DNA of 64,000 bases from contig OZ024743.1 in assembly GCA_964016885.1 (NCBI GenBank), positions 207,824,001-207,888,000 on the forward strand. The letters are read 5' to 3'. Source of the stretch: Eledone cirrhosa (lineage: Eukaryota). Shown here one piece after another: positions 14,893 through 27,620 of the stretch. Within the stretch, counting starts at the first letter, position 1, and each line of letters starts with the position of its first letter. The position numbers and the translations under genes are program-made. The notes under the pieces were generated by a model that made no database searches, was not told the origin of the DNA, and saw only the letters and a list, made by a program, of their open reading frames with translations.

Positions 14893-15088
14893 CTTTGTTT
14901 GCGTTATTAGATTTTCCCTAAGTTGATAAACATCCATTTCTGAAGGAAGCAGTTGGTGTTCTGAAGATAATTGTCCTTGTTCCCATAAATGAGAATATAA
15001 TTCATGGTCTGTTATAGTGATGGGGCTGCTGAGATCATTGACAATCCTTTGTGTTGGCGCTAATCTGTGGAATATATCCAGTGCTTCT
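14893..15088 (-). other. Candidate 196-nt exon with one open frame (EALDIFHRLAPTQRIVNDLSSPITITDHELYSHLWEQGQLSSEHQLLPSEMDVYQLRENLITQTK)
   Basis: Strong acceptor ttttttctcttttattttcag|, weak donor AAG|gtttat, 65 codons without a stop; no family recognised. Confidence 0.45.
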
Positions 15089-15410
15089 CTGAAAATAAAA
15101 GAGAAAAAATATATCTGAATGATAATGCCTGGAGAATTTTTCTACTAACTTGATATATTTTAAATAAAATGTTCGGTCTATAATGTAATGTCGAATATAC
15201 TTGAATATAAACCGAGGAATATGTGACCAAAAAAAATTGATGGTAAAATAGGGGGTTGGCTTATATTTGGGGTCAATATTTTAATGATTTTCACCAACTA
15301 AAATATCTGGAGTGATTATTTCGCAACAAAACAGTTTTTCTACATTTACTACATCGTCATTAGTGTTATTTATGCATTCCCATGAAAATAATTTCAACAA
15401 AATTTTATAA

Positions 15411-16385
15411 TACGCAGACGACAGCAAGCTGTACCTTGAGATAACAAGGACAGATCCTGAACACTATAGATCTTGCTTGCAGTCTGACCTGGACACAATG
15501 CAACAATGGATCTCAGAGTGGCAACTCAAGCTAGCTGTGGACAAGTGCACCTCCATGCATTTTGGGAGTAAAAACCCAGTGTCCACATACTCCCTCCACA
15601 GCACTAATATCAAGAAGTCTTCCTGTGAATGTGACCTGGGCATTACGGTCAGTAGCGATTTGCGTTGGACGAGGCACGTCTCTAAAATTGTCAAGAGGGC
15701 CAAGGGTGTCTTAGCATCACTCAGCAAGACCTTTGTCAGCCGCTCTCCAGATATCTATTTAAGGCTGTATACAGCTATGGTGCGACCACACTTAGAATTT
15801 GCATCACCAGTCTGGAACCCCTATCTTGCTCAGGACATTGACCGCCTGAAAACTGTTCAGAGACGTGCAACCAAGCGAATACCCTCCATCAGGCATCTAC
15901 CATACTCTGAACGCCTTGCTTCCCTGGGCATGGATTCATTGAAGCTCCGACGCCTGGCATCTGACTTGGTAAACACCCACAAAATTGTTAACCATGTTGC
16001 CAATAACAACCCTGAGTACCTTTTTGATTTCCATGTGTCTAACACACGTGGAAATGCCCACAAAGTAAGAAAACAGCACAGTTCCCATGACTTTCGGAAA
16101 CATTTTTTCACGCTCAGAGTTGCTGAAGCATGGAACAAACTACCTGCATCAGTTGTTAGCTGTTGAGACACTGCATCCTTTAAGGCCTCCATGGAACAAA
16201 CTACCTGCATCAGTTGTTAGCTGTCGAGACACTGCATCCTTTAAGGCCTCCATGCTTCCCGAGATCCGCCAATACTACAGCTAACACATACACACATGTA
16301 CTTCCCTGACATTTGTGTATTATTCTATGTACTATATTGACGAGTTGTAGTGCACCTGAGCACTTTACACAATAATTTCATTATA
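15411..16385 (+). mobile_element. 5'-truncated CR1/L2-group LINE (RT C-terminus plus 3' end)
   Basis: YADDSKLY...LQSDLD...WQLKLAVDKC...RPHLEFASPVWNPY...HFFTLRVAEAWNKLP; 61-bp internal tandem duplication at 16130-16251. Confidence 0.92.
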
Positions 16386-17154
16386 TATAATTTGAACTTT
16401 TTAATACATAAATATCCCATTCACATACACTCATATACATGCAAACACACATATGTGCACACACCCACATACATGTTTTTCTCTGACAATATTTTTTTTC
16501 TGATTTTATTTTATTCTTCTTACTTTCTCTCTTCTCTCTCTTACCTTAACCTTTTTTCACTTGCTGTCTCCCCCTCCCTCTTCTACTTTATAAATCCCTA
16601 TACAAAGTTCTCTTATTCAATCTCTTTCTTTCAAACTACTCCCACAAGCCAGAAATAAACAAACGTTTGAGAAACTTGTTGAAACTATAAAACAAATGAA
16701 ACAATAAAAAATATTACATAATGGAGTTGTGAAACAAAAACTATATTTTAAATGACATTTAAAATATTTAAAACTTCATAAATATATTCTTCAAAACCAT
16801 ACCATCTAAACATAATGTGTTGATTAGCTGCCCCAGCTTATAAATGAGGTTTGGGTTTTTGCCCATTTCTCAGAAATAAAATAAGGCGTCAACTTATAGC
16901 TGTGTATATGCTGTAACTTTTAATATCCTGCAATAATTTAGCAGAAAATATATATTTAAAAAAATTTATTAAGGCAAATATTTATCATATCTCTACTTGT
17001 GGACAGATCGTTGTGAAAATTTATAGCAAACTAGATAGAGTAAATACTTTAATTTTTTATGTGATGTAGTCATAGTGCTGATTTTGTACTTTACAAGAAT
17101 CAAGAATGTCTTGCTAATGTGGTACAGGACGTTAAGAGTTAATGGTGTGTAAAG

Positions 17155-17460
17155 GTCTCTGGAGTAACGTTACTTGATAGAGTGTGTAGCTCAGAGATCA
17201 GAGAGTTACTCCAGGTAGAGACACTACTTCTCCAAATTAAGAGATCACAGCTCCAATACTATGGGCATGTGGTTAGAATGTCTCAGGACAAAACCAACCG
17301 GCGGTAGACCCAGGGATAGGCCCCAAATAAGATTGGTTGGATAACATCCACTTGGGGATCCGGGTGGATCACCTGGAGATGGTTGCTTCTGGCAGGATCC
17401 ACTTGAAGAATTGTTTGAGAACCCTGCTCCCATGACCCTCTCAAGAAGAAGAAGATCATA
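17155..17460 (+). mobile_element. Degraded RTE-type LINE C-terminal fragment
   Basis: Reads LQYYGHVVRM...GRPRDRP; inverted homolog at ~30346-30460. Confidence 0.55.
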
Positions 17461-17739
17461 GATGTACAACAAAACACTTTGATACTCTATAACATACAAT
17501 CATCATCACCACCATTTAATGTTTATTTTCTATGTTTCTATGTGTTAGACAAGAAGCTTGGCAGAACAAGTGCTCTTGTCCAGCTTATGTTTCATCTTAG
17601 GTTTGGATTTCTACTCTACAGTTGGATATCATTTCTAATGCAAACCATTTTGCTGGGTGTACTGGGAGATTTTGTTGTGGGACCAGCAGAACCACCTTAC
17701 AGGATGAACTGGGCACCTTTTGTTATGAAGTGTTAATAA

Positions 17740-17928
17740 GATAGACAGTGTCTTTCATTAGAAATATAGTAATGAAAGGGTTAATGACATAGACAGTGTC
17801 TTTCATTAGAAATATGGTAATGAAAGGGTTAATGACATAGGTAGTGTCTTACATTAGAAATATGGTAATGAAAGGTTTAATGACATAGGTAGTGTCTTTC
17901 ATTAGAAATATGGTAATGAAAGGGTTAA
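17740..17928. repeat. ~48-bp x4 minisatellite resembling a MITE end (GACATAG..AGTGTCTTTCATTAGAAATATGGTAATGAAAGGGTTAA)
   Basis: The same unit occurs at the end of a TTAA-CCC...GGG-TTAA element at ~25588-25850. Confidence 0.8.
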
Positions 17929-20900
17929 GTACAATTTTATTAAAGCTAATTTCTTTAAGGGAAAGAAAAAGAAATACAATACAGTCAATAGAATCTACAC
18001 TTCTGTAACATTTACTGTCAATATAATCTACCTTTCTATAACATTTACTGTCAACTATAACAAGTTAGAAACTGGCCAAATAAATAATGTACTGTACTTT
18101 ACTGATGATGATAATGCTGTTAATGATGGTTGCTTTCATAGGAAATAGATATATAATTTAAGGAGTTAATGAGCTGTGAGATATTGATCTGTTTATGCCA
18201 TGACAGGCCAGGTGTATAAATATGGAAAGAGATGGTATCAAGTGGAAGTTACTGTATATACTCATGTATAAGCTGAGAAATATGTGATAAAAGAAAAGTT
18301 GATGGTAAAATGGAGGGTCAGCTTATATTCAAGGTCAATATTTTACCAATTTTCACCAATATTACACCCGATTCACTTTGGGGGTGAATATTAGACCTGT
18401 TTCACTTTGGAAGTGAGTATTAGACCTGTTTCACTTTGGAAGTGAGTATTAGACCTGTTTCACTTTGGTGATTCTTTAAAACTTTCAATAATGCGCCTCT
18501 TTGAGGTTAGTCTGTGGCCTAGGTGGCTGTCTAATTGACCTTAGAAGTACCGACCCTGGACTCTAAGTCGGGGGAAAACCAGCTTAACATCATAGCTACA
18601 AGTCAGATACAGAAACATATAAATAAGCAACTAGGACCACCAACCACCTAAATCTGAACATAGATACACCTAGAACTAACACAAAGTAATCACTGAATGT
18701 TCCTACATGGAAATAATACAATCTAAAAACAAAACCAACAATAAACAAAACACCCAGGGGATAAGACCATCTAATGTCAAACTTGTAACTAATACACTCA
18801 TTAAAAAATGGCTAATTACAAACTAAATATCTATATTAGATCTAAGATATCCTCCATAATTCCTACCTCAGATATTATTCATATTTCCTGACTTATACTC
18901 CATAAACCCAGCCACCAACTTACTCTAAATATCAGTCTAGTGAGGAGACAGGTTTTTCAAGCTGCAGTTGTCATATTACATAGTTTCTGTATCAGAATAT
19001 ATAATATACAATATTTATTATTATCTGGTATTTAAAAACTTCAGATCTAACTTCATCAATATTACCACCATTTACTATATACAGATTTGTTTTTCATTCT
19101 GAGGTAATGTTTCTTGTTAAAATCTACTTCCAATGTTTTGTGGCAAAAAGAAATGACTTTGGAGGTCATGTATGTGAGGGGGGAGGTGTTAGGGAGAGAA
19201 TTAATCTATGGTAAATGCCTCAAACCGTTTCTTATATTTCTAATGAAAAATACTACCTCTACGTTTCAATTAATTTCGAAAATAATCAAGGTTCTTTTTG
19301 GGAGGAATTTAATAATATACCCTGTTTTTGTTAGAGAATTACTGAAAAACTGTTCTTAAATAAATTAAAACTTATCATAAAGTTTTAATTTTGGTATGGT
19401 ATGGTGTGGTCCTATAACTTCTGATGGAGTCATAGGGTCAATGTATTGACATACAGCATTTCTAGGGCATTTTAAAACCTGATAGAGCCCATCCCCTCTC
19501 CAGGTCTGAATATAGCAGATTTCTTCTTCCAGAGAAGGATAGAAAGTGAGAGGAAGTGAAAAAGAGGAAGAATCGACCCTAGTACTAGACTGGTACTTTT
19601 TTTTTTTAAATCGAATTTGAAAGGATGAAAAGCAAAGTTGACCTCAGCAGGATTTGAACCCGGAGAGCAGAGAACTGAAACGAATATTACAAAGCATTAT
19701 ATCCAACATTCAAACATAAAAGTATGAATGCTTTAAAAGAAGCAATTTTGTATCATAAAACCAGGGTGGTTCCAGACAAGTTGCTTATCATAACCCTAAC
19801 CCTCACTCTTATGTGACCATATTTCTAAGAAAAATACCCTACATTTTTCTTTTAATATGAGTTAAATCATTATACATGAAACTGGTGTTTGGGACACAAT
19901 TTAATGAAAATACCTTTTTAAAAATCTTATTTTAATGTTTATATTCCCTTATCTCTGTATATCTTGGTTTTGTTTTTCGACTGTAAGAAGTATTCAATAC
20001 TTCCCCTAGTCTGTCATGACTTACTAGCTCTATACGGACGTTTAAATTGATGTTTTATATTCCCTTATCTCTGTATATCTTGTTTTTAGTTTCTCAAAAT
20101 TATAAGAACTACTAGATACTTCCCCTAGTATGTCATGGCTTACTAGCTGTATATGGATGTTCAAATTGATTAAATAAATAAATATATAATTAACATGCAA
20201 GTGGCTGAATATTCCACAGACCTTAACGCAATTCTCAGGGAGATAGCATTTTTATGTACTGAAATCTCACTCTTTGATAGATTTGTGGTAGAGCCTGTAT
20301 CTGTGGAGACTTCCAGACCACATCCCTACTCTCTGCTATCAGAGTGAAGTGGTTATTCCAGCACAACTCCCTCACTGTCCCCCGAGGCAATGTATTCTCC
20401 ATCCTGTCTGCTGGGACACAGAGGCAGAGGGAAAGTTAGTTGGAGGTGGACGTCACTTTCTTTCTATTTCTTTAAAAATCTCTTTATACATTTAAATCTG
20501 ATGTTTAAGTAAGTATGGGTCTGGTCTCTTGTGCCAAACTACATCACAAAGATGTCAGAGGACTTCCTGATAGTACTGCTTGTTTTCTGGTGTGTATTCT
20601 GATGCCTCACTAGCCAAAGAAAGCAGTCAACATTACCCTGACTTGGCTGCGTACCTGGCATTACGAGGGGGGGGGGGGGCTTAGCAACATTGAATGTTTC
20701 CACTATGATGACAGAGCTTTGGTTTCTGGGTTATACCCATATACCCACATCTCACCTCCAATTGTCGTGGTATTAAGAAACTCAGGATTCCTGTTGACAG
20801 TATCAGGTGAAATGATTTTGTGACATGTAAGTAGTAGAGCACCTCACATACTGGCTGGTTGCCTGACAGTGAGTGACACAGCCAGCAAGCTTGTCAGAAA

Positions 20901-21485
20901 CGCCACGTGTATCAATATATACAGCACGACAATACAGACCGCACATACTGGCTGATTGCCTGACAGTGACTGACACATCCAGAAAGCTTGTCAGAAACCA
21001 CACATATATCAATATATACAGCACCATTCTGCACACTTTTCTCTCCCTAACATCATTACTTAGTCATTACTTCCCAGGGGAAATATAGTCAGATAATATT
21101 TCAACAGACCTCACATGTATTGAGTACAACTATGTTTTACATTCTAAATTTCAAGGCAACAAACTATTGAAGTGAAACAAGAAAAAATAGAAAAGTGAGA
21201 AAACAAAACAAAAAAAAAGATTGAAAGAATGATAAATAAAATAATAGCAATTTTTTTTTCATTAAAAAAAAACACAAAACAAATTCAGGGATTAAATATC
21301 CAGATTTTCTTTATAATTCAAAACTCATCTACAAGTTTAAAATTGTGTTAATAAATATTTAACTGAAAGATTTGGGCTGTTATTTGTTTGGACTATAATA
21401 TGGAATAAAATAACTTATTACAAGAAACTCCATGTCTCAATGACATGTTTCAATATAATCATTAATTTTCATTGATTGATTTTGT

Positions 21486-21812
21486 AGGAGAGGGGTTAAA
21501 GTATAAATTTAACAGCCCATGGAGTAAAAGGAGAGGGGTTAAAAGTATAAATTTAACAGCCCATGGAGTAAAAGGAATAGGGTTAAAAGTATAAATTTAA
21601 CAGCCCATGGAGTAGATGGAGTGGGGTTAAAAGTAGAAATTTAACAGCCCATGGAGTAAAAGGGTTAAAAGTAAAAATTTAACAGCCCATGGAGTAGATT
21701 TAAAAGTAGAAATTTAACAGTAGATGGAGTAGGGTTAAAAGTAGAAATTTAACAGCCCATGGAGTAAATGGAGTGGGGTTAAAAGTAGAAATTTAACAGC
21801 CCATGGAGTAAA
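21486..21812. repeat. ~40-bp minisatellite (GGGTTAAAAGTA(T/G)AAATTTAACAGCCCATGGAGTA), ~8 copies, in the likely ZNF 3' UTR
   Basis: Direct tandem periodicity; begins ~85 bp past the ZNF stop codon. Confidence 0.9.
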
Positions 21813-21895
21813 TTTTGCTGAGAAGAAAGTATATTGAAAATTTGAGATGAGAATATTAATGAAAGAAAAATTGGATATTTACCCACATTATTTAG

Positions 21896-23203
21896 TTATT
21901 TAACAAAACCTAACCCCAATGGTCTGTCCATAATGTTCATTTTTGGTACAGGGAAAGGTCGTAATGGTGGAAGACCTTTATTGTGGCAGTCAAACCCATA
22001 TGGTTGTATCTGTGGAGGTGCTGGTGGTTGGTGGTTTTGGGGTGGAATAATGTGAGGATTGGGGATGGATTCAACAGTAATGGATTTATCACACACATCT
22101 CGGTGTTGGACAGATGGATGTTGGGGTAGAACGGAGGGTTTTAAGTGATTTATAGGGGATGAATACATGCTAAATGTTTTATCTGAATTTCCAAATGAAA
22201 CAGATGTTGGGATGGAGAGGGCAGTTTTGGAAAGGCTTGGTAATGATGTTGGTGGAGGTGAAGTGACAGTAAATGCACCTTCAAGAATGTCTGAGGAGGG
22301 AGGATGTTGTTGGATCGGATTTTGTGGGGGTTTGTGAGGAGATGGAATTTGTGGAGGTGGTGAGACAGCAGAAAAAGTCTTGTCACAAGTGTTACAGTTA
22401 TTAGAGATAGAATGAGGTGGAAGTCCTGCTCCCATAACACTGAGGTCGGGTTTCACATGACTAAGCATGTGAACTTTAAGGGCACCATTATTAGCAAAGT
22501 TGTTACCACATGTCAGGCACTTAAAAAATTTATCTCCGGCATGAGATTTGATATGAATCCGACGAGCTCCTGGGTTGGAGAAATCTTTACCACAGGTTTC
22601 ACATTTATAGGGACGATCTCCGATATGGATTTTAAGATGTGTTTTCCAGGCACCAGAATTAGCAAATCTTTTGTCACAAATGTCACATGTGTAAGGTTTT
22701 TCACCAGTATGTGTACGAGAGTGTGTCTTCTGGGCACCAGAATTGGCAAATTTACGGCCACATGTGTCACACTTAAAGGGTTTCTCTCCCGTGTGTGTTT
22801 TCGCATGTGTTTTCCAGGCACCAGAATTAGCAAAACATTTCCCGCAGACTTCACATTTAAAAGGTTTTTCTCCAGTATGTGTCCTTAGGTGTGTCTTCAA
22901 GTGGCCAGATCCCGACAGAATCCGGCCACATATCTCGCAGTCGAAAGGCATTTTTAAGCTGGCAACAGCACTTGCAGCTGTAGAAACTGCAGGATATGTA
23001 AATCCTACAGGAGTTTGAGCTGGTGCTGCAGCCAAAGATGGTTGGGGATCAGATGTTGTGTTCTGTAGAGCAGTAAGACTGGTGAAGAAATTAAATGGAT
23101 ACCAGCAGTTATTGTCAACACCAGCACCAGCAGACGTACTGAAACAAGGCAGTGATGTCGGCGGTGGTGGTGAGGAGGAGGTGGAGGATTGTTGTTTACT
23201 CAT
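21896..23203 (-). CDS. C2H2 zinc-finger protein, 435 aa, six tandem fingers, Pro/Ser-rich N- and C-terminal regions
   Basis: Six CX2CX12HX3H fingers with TGEKP-type linkers in an uninterrupted ORF; upstream acceptor ttttctctttttctttcag| starts the exon at 23725. Confidence 0.95.
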   Translation of the reverse strand: MSKQQSSTSSSPPPPTSLPCFSTSAGAGVDNNCWYPFNFFTSLTALQNTTSDPQPSLAAAPAQTPVGFTYPAVSTAASAVASLKMPFDCEICGRILSGSGHLKTHLRTHTGEKPFKCEVCGKCFANSGAWKTHAKTHTGEKPFKCDTCGRKFANSGAQKTHSRTHTGEKPYTCDICDKRFANSGAWKTHLKIHIGDRPYKCETCGKDFSNPGARRIHIKSHAGDKFFKCLTCGNNFANNGALKVHMLSHVKPDLSVMGAGLPPHSISNNCNTCDKTFSAVSPPPQIPSPHKPPQNPIQQHPPSSDILEGAFTVTSPPPTSLPSLSKTALSIPTSVSFGNSDKTFSMYSSPINHLKPSVLPQHPSVQHRDVCDKSITVESIPNPHIIPPQNHQPPAPPQIQPYGFDCHNKGLPPLRPFPVPKMNIMDRPLGLGFVK

Positions 23204-23745
23204 TCAACAATTAGAACAGAAGATACTCCAAAATGGTGTCTTTTTTTCTTTACTTTTTTTTCCTTTAGCACAAATAAAATATATTTTTCAATATATTTTT
23301 ATAAAGAGTAAAAACAGAACTGAGAGAAATAAGTTTTCTCAACTTTCATTTATTTGATGTGTTTTATAACAACTCACAATATCTCCCTCTTTTAATAATA
23401 TGTAGCTATCATTTCTTGCAAATAAAAGCCATTCACAAACATTGATAGAGATAAATATTTTTTGTTTTTTTTTTGTTTTAGATATCTTTACACAGACACA
23501 CACATACTTTTACATACATACGCAAACACACATAATAATTAATTACAGAGACAGTTATGTCTTAAGACAGTCACACACGTACAATCATTTCTATCACTTT
23601 ATATTAGTTTAAAACCCATTTAAAAGAAGTCCTTTTAGTCCAACAAGATGACACTGCGATCATCTTGATAGTGTTCCAACAGGTTAGATCCGTAAGCAAT
23701 AGTTACATCAGATATTTATATAAATCTGAAAGAAAAAGAGAAAAT
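23204..23745 (-). other. Splice acceptor and 5' UTR part of the ZNF exon (exon starts at 23725)
   Basis: Long polypyrimidine tract plus CAG (23726-23728 on minus strand). Confidence 0.6.
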
Positions 23746-23859
23746 AGTTTATTAAACATTCATTAAATAAATTAATCAAAATGTTATAAAAACAAACAAC
23801 TCCAATTAAAGACTTATATAGATTTCTAAAAATAATCCCCATAACCCTTCCTGTAAAAG

Positions 23860-24190
23860 TAAAGACCCCCTTCAGTCACGAATGACCATGGGATTTGGAC
23901 CTAGAAAGTTCCCCTCAGAGGCACAAGCCTGGGCAAGGTGTGTTTCTGGAATACCAGCAGTCACTCATGTATACCTGTCTCTCTTCTCCACCTCACCGAT
24001 GTTGTCCAAGAGAAAGGCATAGGCCAATACAGTTTGACACAAGTGATATCGCATCTCATTTCTACGGCTGAGTAAACTGGAATAACATGAAATAAAGTGT
24101 CTTGCTGAAGGACATAAACATCACCCAGTCCGAGAATCAAACTCACAACCTCCCTATTTCAATCCCAATACTCTAACCACTAAACCATGC
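23860..24190 (-). mobile_element. tRNA-derived SINE family B (CORE-like GTCCTTGAGCAAGACACTTTATTTCA motif)
   Basis: Related copies at ~31360-31690(-), 36590-36700(-), 37140-37440(-), 38620-38830(+), 47280-47490(-), 58510-58830(+). Confidence 0.8.
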
Positions 24191-24255
24191 ACCTATCTGT
24201 TGGCTATATATATCTAGCCATTCAGCTTCACTACCTGTATGACACAGAACTTAAT

Positions 24256-24674
24256 TACTCTTGGGTCCCAAATAGTAGGGGTGGGGTGGGGTAGAAAATC
24301 AGTAATTTTTCTAGGTTGTCTTCATTGAATTTTTCAAAAAACCAGAATTAGTCGTTTAGTTTACATAGAGACTCCAACCCAACCTATTTATTTTATAACG
24401 TATGTGAGGGGGTACGATTGTTTGAGACCCGAGAGTAGGTATCTTTCCAGAGATCCAGGGTCTGAAAGATTAATAAGCAGGGTGGGGGACAATTGTTTGA
24501 AACTCAACAGTACTTAATCAAAGCAAAGCTCAAGTTACACAAAAGTAACAACTTACAACACTATGTTAGCACATCACAATTTCAACAGAGGTATATATAG
24601 TTCATGGCATTCATGGTACTTTTGGCTCCCAAATAATGGAGGGGGAGGGGGGGATTATTCGAGACTCAAGAGTA
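24256..24674. mobile_element. TA-flanked MITE-like element
   Basis: TA-CTCTTGGGTCCCAAATA...TATTCGAGACTCAAGAG-TA terminal inverted repeats; inverted homolog at ~36803-37119. Confidence 0.6.
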
Positions 24675-26251
24675 CTTGATTTGTGACATCAGAGAAATGA
24701 AAATCAAAGTTGACTGTAACAAGTTTTATACTCAAAGCTTCAAGAAAGCGAAACTAAATACTATGTAGCATAATTAGTTTAGCGCTCTAGGTGGGTGAGC
24801 CTGAGGTAAATTTACTTTCAACAAAGTTGCTATGTGACAAATAAGATTAAATAAAGTTAGGTATTCAAAGCCAAAGTGAATAGACCTGCACTAAATTTAA
24901 ACTTGCAGATCCTGGGTAGAATTTAGGAGGGCACATGCCCTTAATAATTGGAATAGTTATGAGTTATGTGGAGAGATTGCCATGGTAGAAAACATACACA
25001 CACATACATACACACATGGTAGAAAACACATACATACACACATGGTAGAACACATACACACACAGGGAAAACACAAACACACGCATATATACACACATGG
25101 CAGAAAAGACGTGATCCCTTAAAAGAGAATCAGGTTATCAGTCTTGAAACTTGTAATTGTTAATTTAGTGAAAATAATGAGTTTATTGCAATAATTGGAA
25201 GAAACAGAAATTATTATTGTTATAAAGTTTCAAGACTAAAAAAGAAATAAAAAGGCTTCAAGCAATTATGTTTTTTTTGTTTTGTTTTAAAACAAAAAAA
25301 ATAGTCCAACCCATGCCAGCATGGCGAGATGATGTATGATGGTGATGATGGTGGTGGTGATGATGTATGATGGTGATGGTGGTGATGATGAACATTCTCC
25401 GTGAGAACAACACAAAATATACTTTTAGAACAAAATTTAATCAGCTAAACTAATTGTTATGACACTTCTTTCTTCAAAATAACATTTGTTTCTAATAAAA
25501 TTCACCAACAATGGCCGACCGTTTAAAATCACTGAAACTTACGACAAACAATCTATAAAAAATTGCTTCTTCTTTTTATCAAAAATGTTAACCCTTTTGA
25601 TACCAAACTGCTTGGAACCACATGTGGTTCTACAATACAAAACTGTTTGTTTTGAAAGTGTTTATTTTTATCTAAAAATTTTCTTTCGTAATTTCATGTA
25701 CTCTCTGGTCCCAAATATTCAGGAGTAGGCAAGGGGGGAGTAGTAATCACATAGACAGTGTCTTTCATTAGAACTATGGTAATGAAAGGGTTAATGACAG
25801 ATAGTGTCTTTCATTAGAACTATGGTAAAAAAGGGTTAAAGACATAGGCAGTGTCTCTCAACAAAAATACATATTCTATTTTATTAGGAGAAGGTTACTC
25901 TGATATAAAACCTGCAACATCGTTTGCATCCAGTTATGTAGACCAGTTCTTCTTTTTGAGCAAATGCATTCAATGTTCAGAGAGTGGAACTGGTCCCATG
26001 AAAAGCCTTTCCTCAGTTAAAAAAGCTTCAAGCACAGGCATCGATTGATATGTGACATTATCTGCGATACATGGTATTGCTGGCCATAGGCAAGTCCCTA
26101 ACAAGACTAAAAAGCCATGTCTGTGATGCTCATGCTTAAGTATCAAGCAATGGTATTACTTGAAATCGAGTTGCAGCCATCACCATGAATGTATGTATGT
26201 ATGTACATACATTTATATGTGTGTATGTCTTTTTTATCTCCTGGGTGCAGC

Positions 26252-26297
<46 letters not shown>

Positions 26298-26748
26298 AAC
26301 TGACTTCTATTGTATGCTACCATTACAAAATACTTTAGTGAAATAAAAAACATTAAAACAGCAGCTGCAATATTTATTGCTTCTGTCTTTTTAGTCTCTT
26401 TACACATTGACACTAGAATGAACAGTTTTATGGTCTGCCATGATTAATATATATACATCACAAACATGTGATATATATATATATATACTAGTATTGCTAC
26501 CCGCTATTGCTCAGGTGCTGAGTATGGAAAGATTTGTTTTAGTAGAGTTAAGTGACTAATTCTTTATACACATTGGTTGACATACATACTCTTGTTGACA
26601 CTCGTACATACATACACATGCATGCATGTATATATATGTTTGTATTTTGTCTGAAGAAGGCATAACATATTTTTAATATGATATCCCTGAAATATATATA
26701 ATGAAATAAATATGGTTTTATAAATATAGTTTCCATTTATTTAATATC

Positions 26749-26789
<41 letters not shown>

Positions 26790-26937
26790 TATATATATAT
26801 CAATATATATATAAATAAATATATATACATATATATTTATATATACATATAAATAAATATATATATATTTATATTTATATAAAAAAATATATATATATAT
26901 ATATTTATATAAATAAATATATATATATATATTTATA

Positions 26938-26987
<50 letters not shown>

Positions 26988-27069
26988 TATATATATATAT
27001 TTATATTAAAAAATATATATATATATATATATATTTATATAAATAAATATATATCTATATCTATTTATT

Positions 27070-27620
27070 AAATACAAAGTAAAAACCTACTACAGTCAGT
27101 AGGCATCTCTATCAAAACACACCCCCGTCCCACCACCTCCACCCCACCCACACCGCCCCTTTCAATGTAAAGTTATGTTGGTCCCCTCCACCCCACCCAC
27201 ACCGCCCCTTTCAATGTAAAGTTATGTTGGTCCCACAACATCCAGGCCGAAACAAATGAGATTGTGTAGGTGTCACGACAAAAAACACACAGTCCACGCT
27301 GTAAATGTGGCCGTGTAGGCAACACGGTAAAAACCTCCCAGCCCCACACTGTAAATGTGGTTGGTGTTAGGAAGGGCATCCAGCTGTAGAAAACCCGCCA
27401 GACAGTCCACGCTGTAATGTGGCCGTGTAGGCAACACGGTAAAAACCTCCCAGCCCCACACTGTAAATGTGGTTGGTGTTAGGAAGGGCATCCAACTGTA
27501 GAAAACCCGCCAGACAGTCCTATGCGAGCAAGACAACCACTCTTGCCTCAAGTGGGAAAACCCCCGTCCAAACCCATGCAAGCGTGGAACACGGACGCTA
27601 AACCTGATGATGATGATGAT
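27070..27620 (+). mobile_element. 5'-truncated copy of the RTE LINE 3' UTR ending in (GAT)n
   Basis: Near-identical to 60416-60930, including the internal ~115-bp tandem duplication. Confidence 0.85.

Noticed and set aside
18860-19000. Additional minus-strand exon (donor-like GA|GTAAGT at 18923)
   Set aside because: Stops in all frames and no strong acceptor; cannot be supported without RNA data
22150-23357. Overlapping alternative-frame and antisense ORFs on the ZNF gene
   Set aside because: Shadows of the real C2H2 reading frame; no motifs
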